NCBI GenBank assembly: GCA_965197675.1
Contig: OZ240221.1
Location: 1,731,437-1,795,436 of the forward strand
Direction of reading: 5' to 3'
DNA: 64,000 bases
Source of the DNA: Dehalococcoidia bacterium
GTDB taxonomy: Bacteria; Chloroflexota; Dehalococcoidia; Plut-88900
The translations under genes and the position numbers were made by a program. The first letter of the stretch is position 1; each line of letters begins with the position of its first letter. Positions 46,996-55,495 of this stretch are shown piece after piece. The notes beneath the pieces are model-generated. The model saw nothing but the letters and a program-made list of their open reading frames with translations, made no database searches and had not been told where the DNA came from.

Positions 46996-47130
46996 GGATA
47001 CCCTCCTATTGAAAGTCCCTGGATTCTTGCAAGGCTATATATGCGCGCTTGAATCCCTGACAGAATAGACCCTGATAGTTTAGTTGTAGCTGCTCAGAAA
47101 ACAAGCCTAAAGTCAAATTTATCTGTATCT

Positions 47131-48291
47131 CTAGTTAAGGTTGTAGACTTCCAGGGCGTTTTCTCCCAAGATCTTACGCTGATCAGCCTCTGATAGAGAT
47201 TCTATAGCCTCCTTCACCCTGCCAACGATGCCAGGGAAGCCATCGGCATGAGGGAAATCGGTGGCCCAGAAGAACTTGTGGGCGCCTACTTCCTTTATCA
47301 CGTGGGAGATCAGTGTCTCGTCGGGTTCCAGGGATATCCAGCACTGCCTTTCGAAATACTCACTGGGCTTGAGGTCGAAGGGGCAGGTATATTTGCCTGT
47401 TTCCCACCTATCGTTCATGCGCTCCAACCAGAAGATAATCCACGTAGCCCCTGTCTCCAGGAACACCACCTTCAACTCAGGGAAACGGTCGAAGGCTCCT
47501 CGATTGATCATGTTCAACAAGGCCATTTGCAGTGGGAATGGGTCGATCGTAAGGCTATACCAGAAATCCTGGTGAAGGAACTGGGTAAGTCCATTGGTGT
47601 CCCCGAAATCATCATTGCCTGGGTAATCGTGATGGCTGGTGGGATGGATGCTCAATGGTAGTCCAGTCTCTTGGATTTCCGCATATAGTGGATCGTAGTA
47701 TTTGCTACCGTAGAGGTTGCCACTTAGGGGCACCGCGCAGATCATGAATCCCTTTGCCCCCATCTTGGCTACCCTTTTGGCCTCCTTCACTGCCTCGTTT
47801 ACGTCCCTGGTCGGCAAGTGGGCTATGGGGATGAGACGCTCGGGATCGGTCTTGCAAAAGTCGATGAGCCAGTCATTGTACGCTCGACAGTAGGCCCCAG
47901 CGACCTTTGGGTCCTCGCACCCATCTTCCCAAAAGAGGCCAGCGGTTGGGTAGAAGAGGGATTTCCCCACCTTCTCCTCGTTCATCCACTTCAGCCTGGC
48001 CTCAGGTTCGTTAGAGGCCGGAATCATACCGTCGTAGTAGTGCATCTTGCCGGGGTCGAAGAACTGGCTTTGGTCTTCCACGCCGAATGCCTTGCCTGCA
48101 TCCAATCCTAGCCCAGCCCCACCATGTACGATCTCTGAGGTCTTTCCATCTATCTCCAGATACTCCAACCCTTTGTCGTCGAGCAGAAACTGCATGGGCC
48201 GGTCTTTATACTCCGGATCCAAGTATTCGTCCATCATTAGCTTGACAGGCTCCGCTACGTGTCCATCGACATCAACCGTTCTATATTCCAC
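47131..48291 (-). CDS. Amidohydrolase-2 family protein.
   Basis: 386 aa. 'MEYRTVDVDGHVAEP' at the N-terminus and 'ATDFPHADG' at the C-terminus. Confidence 0.75.
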   Translation of the reverse strand: MEYRTVDVDGHVAEPVKLMMDEYLDPEYKDRPMQFLLDDKGLEYLEIDGKTSEIVHGGAGLGLDAGKAFGVEDQSQFFDPGKMHYYDGMIPASNEPEARLKWMNEEKVGKSLFYPTAGLFWEDGCEDPKVAGAYCRAYNDWLIDFCKTDPERLIPIAHLPTRDVNEAVKEAKRVAKMGAKGFMICAVPLSGNLYGSKYYDPLYAEIQETGLPLSIHPTSHHDYPGNDDFGDTNGLTQFLHQDFWYSLTIDPFPLQMALLNMINRGAFDRFPELKVVFLETGATWIIFWLERMNDRWETGKYTCPFDLKPSEYFERQCWISLEPDETLISHVIKEVGAHKFFWATDFPHADGFPGIVGRVKEAIESLSEADQRKILGENALEVYNLN

Positions 48292-48412
48292 TCGTCCCCT
48301 CCTTTGCTTGTCGGGAATATGGTAGAGAGCTAGCCTAACTATCTTATTCCCCCTCGGTTATTTGTCAACTTTGTGATATTCTGCAAACCATTTATTGTTT
48401 GAGGTGAATGTG

Positions 48413-49291
48413 ATGGAGGAGCGAGATTTCGTTGGCTACGGAAGAAGTAGACCGCGAGTAAACTGGCCCAACAAGGCCCGACTCGCTCTGTCCATTGTCC
48501 TCAACTACGAAGAGGGAGCAGAGTGGAATCCTTTGGACGACGAACCGCTGTCGAAAATGACAGGTGAGAATAGAGACGGAACGAGGGACTTGTTGGAAGA
48601 AGCCTCCTTCGAGTATGGCAGCCGTGTGGGTGTCTGGAGGCTCATGGAAATCTTCGAGAAGTATAGGGTCCCTGTTACCTTCTACGCATGCGGCAGAGCC
48701 GTGGAACGTAACCCAGAGGTTGGTAGAGAGATCGCTAGAAACGGACATGAGGCATGCGGGCACGGCTATCGCTGGATCGACTCCAATCTAATGACAAGAG
48801 AGGAAGAGAAGGAGGATATACGTAGGTGTGTCGAAGCTATTGCCAAGGTCGTTGGTCAGAGACCCTTAGGGTGGTTTCCTAGAGCGCCCAGCCTCAATAC
48901 TCAAGAGCTGTTGGTAGAGGAGGGGAGCTTCGTATATGATTCGTCTGTTTCCAACGATGACTTTCCCTATTTCAAGCAAGTATTGGGCAAGCGGCTTCTG
49001 ATTCTGCCCTATTCAGAAGACGTCAACGACGCCAAGTTCAAACAGTCGCCGGGATTCGTTTCGGCTGGACAGTTCTTCGAGTATATGAAGACTAACTTCC
49101 ATCGGCTTTACGACGAAGCTAAGACCAGCCCGCGTATGATGTCGGTGGGGCTGCACACTAGAATCTCAGGCCTTCCCTCCAGGGCATCCGCCATTGAGGA
49201 CTTCATAGGCTACGTCAAGACGTTTCCTGCTGTGTGGATCACTCGCCGCATAGACATAGCCCACTGGTGGTTGGAGAATCACTCGACGTAA
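48413..49291 (+). CDS. Polysaccharide-deacetylase-family protein (PuuE-like), a paralog of 40360-41232. Start placed at the ATG after the 'GAGGTGA' RBS.
   Basis: 'VNWPNKARLALSIVLNYEEGAEWN' and 'GHEACGHGYRW' are present. The listed 48395 TTG start is less likely. Confidence 0.65.
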   Translation: MEERDFVGYGRSRPRVNWPNKARLALSIVLNYEEGAEWNPLDDEPLSKMTGENRDGTRDLLEEASFEYGSRVGVWRLMEIFEKYRVPVTFYACGRAVERNPEVGREIARNGHEACGHGYRWIDSNLMTREEEKEDIRRCVEAIAKVVGQRPLGWFPRAPSLNTQELLVEEGSFVYDSSVSNDDFPYFKQVLGKRLLILPYSEDVNDAKFKQSPGFVSAGQFFEYMKTNFHRLYDEAKTSPRMMSVGLHTRISGLPSRASAIEDFIGYVKTFPAVWITRRIDIAHWWLENHST

Positions 49292-49655
49292 TGCAGGAGC
49301 ATTTGATTTTGTGTTGAGACTGTTGTGTCGAGTGGCTACAGGAGCCAGAAAGGTTTAGCGGGGTACGCTCTATATTAAACGTCTCAGCAGCCATCCACTG
49401 CCAGGGCTCGTCCGGTAATAGCCTTCGAATCCCCTGAGATTGGGAAGATCAGGGTGTTCGTGACTTCTTCGGATGTAGTGGATCGACGCAATGTCATCTG
49501 TTGGACGTGTCTTTCATGAACCTGTTCTTCTGTGATACGCCATGAGTGGGCCTTTTCTCGGCTAGGTAGAGGAGTCGCTTCCCAGCTTGCTCCATTACCT
49601 TCTCAATCAGAATGACAGACCAAAATCAGACCCTCTCCCAGCTTAGCTGGAACGT

Positions 49656-50018
49656 CTAGCCGATGACGCTCTCTTGGTATAAAGAGAATCTCTGATTGAT
49701 CATTTCGCAAATGTCGGAGGCATACTGAAGCAGTTCCTGAATAGTCAGCTCTTGATGAAAAGTGCCGGCAATGTGGTTCCCTTCCACTGAGGCCGTCACC
49801 CTGCGAGTACGCATCCAGCGAGCAAAAGCCTGGGCGAAATCGGCCAATACAACGCTAGCCTCATCTGTAATGGGTATGTTGGCTCCGTTGTGCGAGTTGA
49901 TGGGTGTAATCTTCAACGATGCACCTGCCTGGCTCACCTCAGTAAGGTCGATCTCTATCCTGAAGGTGACGCCGGCGGGTCGATAGTCCAATGCTGAGTT
50001 TACTTTTAGGTAAGACAT
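49656..50018 (-). CDS. Hypothetical protein.
   Basis: 120-aa ORF in an otherwise gene-free gap. No motif recognised. Confidence 0.3.
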   Translation of the reverse strand: MSYLKVNSALDYRPAGVTFRIEIDLTEVSQAGASLKITPINSHNGANIPITDEASVVLADFAQAFARWMRTRRVTASVEGNHIAGTFHQELTIQELLQYASDICEMINQRFSLYQESVIG

Positions 50019-50058
50019 GGTTTTGACACCTCTGATTCTGACTTACGCGTGGGGATCT

Positions 50059-50862
50059 TCAGACTTCCCGACCTTCAACTTTAATGTAAGACAGGTTCTT
50101 TGCCGGGTCGGGCCTGCGTCTCTCGATGAAGGCCTGGCGCCTCTCTAGCGACTCCTCCGAATCCAGATAGTCGGGCACGTACCGCTCCGTGGGGCTGGGC
50201 ACCCTCAGGGGATCAGATGCTTCGTCGAATGTGATCTTTTGTAGCTGTAATATCACTGGGCTGCAGAGCATGAGGTCTTGGCACCATTGGTCTACCTCTT
50301 CCTCCAACTGCTCAGCCGGTACTACGCCGTTGACCAGTCCCATCTCCAGCGCTTGCTGGGCTGTGTACTGCTGGCACCTCATCCATATCTCTCTTGCCCG
50401 TTTCTGACCTACCACCTGGGCTAGATAGGCGACGTCGTAGCCGGATGCTGGACTGCCGACTCGCGGTCCTGTCTGACCAAAACGGGAGCGGTCCGAGGCG
50501 ATGGTGAAATCGCAGCTGTAGGCCAAGATATTCCCTGAACCTATGGCATACCCGTCGACCATGGCTATAACAGGCTTGGGGTACTTGCGTATCTGTGTGA
50601 AATAGTCCACTTCTGGATCGGTGTAGTTCCTTCCCTCGAAATCAGGCTGGCTGACGTCTGCTCCAGAGCAGAAGGCGTTGGGGCCTGCTCCGGCCATTAC
50701 TACCACTCTCACCGAGTCGTCGTTGGCGGCTTCCCTGAAGGCCTTCACCAACTCTTCCTTGGTGCGCTCCCTCACCGAATTGTAGCTTTCAGGTCGGTTG
50801 ATAGTGATTCGGGCGACACCATCCTTAACTCCATATACAATGTCGGTATACTGCACGGACAT
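50059..50862 (-). CDS. Enoyl-CoA hydratase/isomerase (crotonase) family protein.
   Basis: 267 aa. 'VVVMAGAGPNAFCSGADV' and 'KPVIAMVDGYAIGSG' are the crotonase oxyanion-hole motifs. Confidence 0.8.
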   Translation of the reverse strand: MSVQYTDIVYGVKDGVARITINRPESYNSVRERTKEELVKAFREAANDDSVRVVVMAGAGPNAFCSGADVSQPDFEGRNYTDPEVDYFTQIRKYPKPVIAMVDGYAIGSGNILAYSCDFTIASDRSRFGQTGPRVGSPASGYDVAYLAQVVGQKRAREIWMRCQQYTAQQALEMGLVNGVVPAEQLEEEVDQWCQDLMLCSPVILQLQKITFDEASDPLRVPSPTERYVPDYLDSEESLERRQAFIERRRPDPAKNLSYIKVEGREV

Positions 50863-51028
50863 ACCTCCTTCTGTGGAATCTGTAGTAGAGGGCCATTGAA
50901 ACTAGCTACAACTTATATCATAGGGTAAGATTGACAGCAAACCCAAATTCAGAGCTTACCTTGACAGTGGGTTGGGGTAGAGCTTATAAAACACGTCGCA
51001 ACCCTTTCGATGAAATGGGGGGTACAAG

Positions 51029-52042
51029 ATGAAGAAAACTGAGCTATTTGCCTCGTATTCAGGTATACCGACCTTTTACAAGGTGCCATTTATTGATGCT
51101 GAGAAGGTGGAAGATGGAATGGTGGTGGTTGCCGGGGTTCCCCTGGACATGGGGATAGTGGTGGCCAGGACGGGGGCTCGGTTCGGACCGAGGGAGATTC
51201 GTGAGGCCTCTTCCATGTACAGGGGTCTGCAGGAGGCGGGCGACCCACCCGTGTCCATTGATGTGGATACCAATGTTGCGCTGCAACTCAAGGACCATCT
51301 AAACGTTGTGGATATAGGTGATTTCACAGTCTATCCTCAAGACCTGATGAAAAGCACCGATTCAATCATTCAAGGGGTCTACGAGGTGGTCAAAAGGGGG
51401 GGCAAGCCAATTGTTCTTGGAGGCGACCACTACATCACGTATCCGTGCTTTGAAGGGTTCGCCAAGGGCATAGCTGAAAGTAGACCTGATGCTCGACTGG
51501 GGTATATCCACATCGATAGTCACCCTGATTTCCGAGAGGGCTACAGGGGACTGGGGCGCTATAATCACGCCACCAGTGCACGGCGTCTCAGCGAGAACCC
51601 CATGATCACTTATAAGAACATGGCATGGGTGGGACTAAACGGCCCTGTCATGGACAGGGACGCCTACATCTCCTTCAAAAAACACAACTTCAAGATGTTC
51701 ACTGCTGATACCATCAGGAAGCGCGGCATGGATGACGTGATTAGGGAAGCGGTGGAGACGGCCGCCGATAGCGTAGACGTGGTATACGTTACGGTAGACA
51801 TAGACGTGGTGCACAGCGGCTTCGCTCCGGGCACCGGGATTCCCGGTTTCGAGGGCATAGAGGCCGTGGACTTGCTGGATGCTATGGCGTATCTCAGCGC
51901 AAGCGATATGGTGGGGGCCTTAGACCTGTGCGAGGTGTCTCCACCCCTTGACCCGACGGGAAGAACGGCTCATCTGGCTGCCAGCGGACTGATAGGCTTC
52001 CTAAGCCGACACCTATTCGATAAGATCACGATAGAGGTGTAG
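51029..52042 (+). CDS. Arginase/agmatinase/formiminoglutamase-family ureohydrolase (guanidino-group hydrolase).
   Basis: 337 aa. 'VLGGDHYITYP', 'IHIDSHPDF' and 'YVTVDIDVV' are the binuclear-Mn-binding motifs of the arginase family. Confidence 0.8.
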   Translation: MKKTELFASYSGIPTFYKVPFIDAEKVEDGMVVVAGVPLDMGIVVARTGARFGPREIREASSMYRGLQEAGDPPVSIDVDTNVALQLKDHLNVVDIGDFTVYPQDLMKSTDSIIQGVYEVVKRGGKPIVLGGDHYITYPCFEGFAKGIAESRPDARLGYIHIDSHPDFREGYRGLGRYNHATSARRLSENPMITYKNMAWVGLNGPVMDRDAYISFKKHNFKMFTADTIRKRGMDDVIREAVETAADSVDVVYVTVDIDVVHSGFAPGTGIPGFEGIEAVDLLDAMAYLSASDMVGALDLCEVSPPLDPTGRTAHLAASGLIGFLSRHLFDKITIEV

Positions 52043-52043
52043 C

Positions 52044-53492
52044 TCAGACCAGCTCTTTCACCAGATCGGCTACCACCTCATTGATATTACGCACCAGGAG
52101 GTCAACCTCGTTCTTCGTTATACACAGGGGAGGACTGAAGAGTATCAAGTCTCCCCTTTGAAGAACGAGCATGTCCCGTTTCAAGAAGGCTTCGGTAAGT
52201 CGCTCCTTCAGGTTGACCTCTTCAGGAAACTTCTCTCTGGCATCCCTGTCCTTCACCAGCTCTATAGCGCCAATGAGACCCAGGCCGCCTCGAATATCAC
52301 CCACGATGGGGTGCTCGTACAGAGTCTGGAGCTGATCGAATAGATAGCTGCCCATCTGCGCCGAGTTCTCGACCAGGTTCTCTCGCTCCATGATCTCTAT
52401 GTTGGCCAGGGAGGCAGCGCTGGCTGCTGGATGGCCGCCAAAGGTGAACAGGTGCCGGAAGGTCTTTCCCTCCTCTCCTACAAAGGCATCTGCTATCTCC
52501 TTGCGCGCCACCGCCGCACCGATGGGCTGGTATCCACTGGACAGGCCTTTGGCCATGGTCATAATGTCGGGCTGAAGATTCCAGTGCTCCGAGGCGAACA
52601 TCTTGCCCGTGCGCCCAAAGCCGGTGATCACCTCATCAACTATGAGCAATACGCCATATTTATCGCAGATCGATCTTAATGTGGGCCAATACCGGTTATG
52701 CGGCACCATGGCGGTGGTTACCGAGATGGGCTCGCCGATTACAGCCGCCACGGTTTCTGGCCCTTCATGCTTGATGGCCCGCTCAACGTCGTAAGCACAC
52801 TCCAGGTTGCACTCGGGGAGATTGCGGCAGTAGACACAACGATAGCTATAGGGTTGAGTAACATGCACGTTGCCTGGCATGAGCGGCCCGTAGTGCTGAG
52901 GGCCTGCGTCTGGTCGCCCACCCAAGCTAAGGGTGGCTAGAGTCGCGCCGTGATAAGAGCCACGTCTACTGATTATCTTGTACCTTCCTGGATTCCCTTT
53001 TAGCCTATGATACGCCTTGGCCATCTTTAAGGACGATTCCACAGCCTCGGAGCCACCGCTAACTATGAATACCCTAGACTTTTTGTCGGGGGATAGGCTG
53101 GCTACCTTGGCGGCAAGCCTCAGGGCAGGTTCACTGGTAGTAGCAAGGGGCGCGTAGTTGAGATGCTGTAGCTGATCGTATACAGCGTCGGCTATTTCCT
53201 TACGTCCATAGCCCACATTTTGAAGCCACATGCCTGCCATTGCGTCGAAGTATTTGCGTCCCGTTGAGTCTGTGACCCAGCAGCCTTCGCCTTCTACTGC
53301 GACTCGGAGACCATCTGGCCTGGCGAAATCTTCTACCTGCTGCTCGTGAGGCCAGAAATGGTTCAGTGCTATCTGGCGCAACTCTTCAATGAGCTCAGAC
53401 TTGTCTTTCGAGGTCGACATATCAGGCCTACTACCCTCTAAGAGATCTTGACGGATGACTTGGGGACGTACGTATTCAATCGTCGTACCCAT
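52044..53492 (-). CDS. Class-III (omega) aminotransferase. The start is possibly the internal Met at 53420.
   Basis: About 460-480 aa. 'SGGSEAVESSLKMA' and 'LIVDEVITGFGRTGKMFA' (PLP-lysine region) are present. Confidence 0.8.
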   Translation of the reverse strand: MGTTIEYVRPQVIRQDLLEGSRPDMSTSKDKSELIEELRQIALNHFWPHEQQVEDFARPDGLRVAVEGEGCWVTDSTGRKYFDAMAGMWLQNVGYGRKEIADAVYDQLQHLNYAPLATTSEPALRLAAKVASLSPDKKSRVFIVSGGSEAVESSLKMAKAYHRLKGNPGRYKIISRRGSYHGATLATLSLGGRPDAGPQHYGPLMPGNVHVTQPYSYRCVYCRNLPECNLECAYDVERAIKHEGPETVAAVIGEPISVTTAMVPHNRYWPTLRSICDKYGVLLIVDEVITGFGRTGKMFASEHWNLQPDIMTMAKGLSSGYQPIGAAVARKEIADAFVGEEGKTFRHLFTFGGHPAASAASLANIEIMERENLVENSAQMGSYLFDQLQTLYEHPIVGDIRGGLGLIGAIELVKDRDAREKFPEEVNLKERLTEAFLKRDMLVLQRGDLILFSPPLCITKNEVDLLVRNINEVVADLVKELV

Positions 53493-55492
53493 ACCCGATC
53501 GCCATCGGTAACATTGAGGATACTCCTACCTATGGGCCCCATGAGCACCCCTTCATCATCAGGACCATCGACTACTTTAGCCCAGGCCCTCAATGGCGAA
53601 CCCACCTCTGCCACGAACTCCATCACGTCCCCATCCTTCACGCCTATGGCGTCAGCATCTTTCTTGATCAGGTTTGTGGTACGGCAGCCTCTGTGGTCAA
53701 ACACATCGGTGCCGCTAACGCTGATCTTTACATAGTGCCGCCGGCTTTTGATCTCGCGGCGCAACTTCGCTGTCTCGGACAGGTCGACTTCGCCATTCTT
53801 GAACACCACGCCGTAAACATCCCGAGCCCAATCCTGAGTGATATATTCATCCAGCATGTCCATCCGCACTAGCTCCACCTCGCGGGTTAGGGGGTCTCCA
53901 ACACCTCCCCCCGCCGATGAACTCATGACAACGATGTCTCCTTCTTGCAAGGGAAAGGATTTTATCTTACCGGGAAGAGGAGAGGCCTCTATCTCTCGAC
54001 CGTCTCGGATGACGGTGACCGAGTTGCCCATCCCAGGGTAGGCCCCCGCTGCGCCCCACGGAGGAATTACGGCTCTGTCCGCCATGACGTTCAACTCGCT
54101 GGTATTAGATAATACCCTCACCTTCCTGGTAACCCCGAAGCCGCTTCTCCTGTATCCTGGCCCTTCGCCGTTGGTACGAGCCTCCAGACCCTCTATGAGA
54201 AGTGGTTGTCTCTGCTCGGCGCTTTCCGCGGGATAAATGCTGGGTATATCTCCGCCGTCGTAGGACTCGCATCCAGTCGCACCGTCGGTATCGTTGGTTC
54301 CTGGGAAGCCTCCCAGAGGATACTCGTAGAAGATGTAGTGTTTGTCTCGGCTGGTGTCGTAGCCGGCCACGTAGACGTGGAAGGACGTGCCACTGTTCTC
54401 TCCTCCCGCCTCCTCTGGCATGATCTGTGCAAAGAGTCCCACCACCGCCGACTGCACTTGACGAAACACCTCCCAGACCCCACCCACGGGGTAAGGCAGT
54501 GACGCTTGTAAAAAGCTTTTGTCCGGGACAGTGAACTCCAACGGGCGGAAAGTGCCACCATTCACTGGCGAGTGGGGGTCTAGCCAGCTCTTCACCACTA
54601 CGAACACGGCTCCCTGGGTTATAGCTGGGCCCACGTTCATGGGTCCAACCACCTGGGGAGATGAGCCAGTGAAGTCGAAGTGCATGCTATCGCCCTCGAT
54701 GGACATCTTCACCTTGATCGGGAGGGGGTCGGGGGAGAGGCCGCTATTATCACAGTAGTGCTCGTTGTAGTACTCGCCTGGAGGGAGATGAGATATACGG
54801 CGTCGCATGATCTGCTCGGCCCTCTCCAAGAGGGTGTCTCGACAGGCTTCAATGGTAGCGGTGCCGTACTTCTGGCAAAGCTCTGCTATTCTCATCTCAG
54901 CTACCCTAGCGGTGTCCAGCATGGCGAGGGCATCTCCCTCCCTCTCTTCTGGCAGACGCATGTTGGCAAACAGAACGTCCCACAAGTCCTGATTTACTTT
55001 CCCTCGCTCGATGAGCTTCACAGGAGGCATCCGGATGCCCTCCTGGTATATATCTACGTCCTGCCCTGAGAAACTTCCAGGGGTAGCGCCTCCAACGTCG
55101 GACCAGTGAGCTCTTACAGCGATGAACATGAGTAGGCGCTCATCGGAGAAGAAGGGAGTATAGAAGACCACGTCGTTGAGGTGAGTTCCACCTGTATAGG
55201 GATCGTTCATTATGATGACGTCACCTGGGTAGATTCTGTCCCGCAGCTTTTCCAACACGTTGTTCAGCGCCAGGTGGAAGCTGAACACGTGGCCGGAGAA
55301 GTCGCCCTCCGACATTCCTATGAGGCTCTGGGTAAGCTCACCCTTGGCCGTTAGCAGACCGCAGGAAAAGTCGTGGGAGTCGTATAGGATGGGTGCATAG
55401 GCCGTCCTGATGAGGGTTGCCCTCATCTGCATGACAGTGTGAACGAAGGTACCCTGCACTACTTCTAGAGTGATAGGGTCTATCCCTGACAT
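53438..55492 (-). CDS. hyuB: Hydantoinase B / oxoprolinase B / caprolactamase-beta-like protein, paired with the upstream HyuA.
   Basis: 684 aa. 'MNDPYTGGTHLNDVV' and 'VGPMNVGPAITQGA' are present. It is the longest of the three HyuB paralogs. Confidence 0.8.
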   Translation of the reverse strand: MSGIDPITLEVVQGTFVHTVMQMRATLIRTAYAPILYDSHDFSCGLLTAKGELTQSLIGMSEGDFSGHVFSFHLALNNVLEKLRDRIYPGDVIIMNDPYTGGTHLNDVVFYTPFFSDERLLMFIAVRAHWSDVGGATPGSFSGQDVDIYQEGIRMPPVKLIERGKVNQDLWDVLFANMRLPEEREGDALAMLDTARVAEMRIAELCQKYGTATIEACRDTLLERAEQIMRRRISHLPPGEYYNEHYCDNSGLSPDPLPIKVKMSIEGDSMHFDFTGSSPQVVGPMNVGPAITQGAVFVVVKSWLDPHSPVNGGTFRPLEFTVPDKSFLQASLPYPVGGVWEVFRQVQSAVVGLFAQIMPEEAGGENSGTSFHVYVAGYDTSRDKHYIFYEYPLGGFPGTNDTDGATGCESYDGGDIPSIYPAESAEQRQPLLIEGLEARTNGEGPGYRRSGFGVTRKVRVLSNTSELNVMADRAVIPPWGAAGAYPGMGNSVTVIRDGREIEASPLPGKIKSFPLQEGDIVVMSSSAGGGVGDPLTREVELVRMDMLDEYITQDWARDVYGVVFKNGEVDLSETAKLRREIKSRRHYVKISVSGTDVFDHRGCRTTNLIKKDADAIGVKDGDVMEFVAEVGSPLRAWAKVVDGPDDEGVLMGPIGRSILNVTDGDRVWVRRLNTYVPKSSVKIS

Positions 55493-55495
55493 AGG

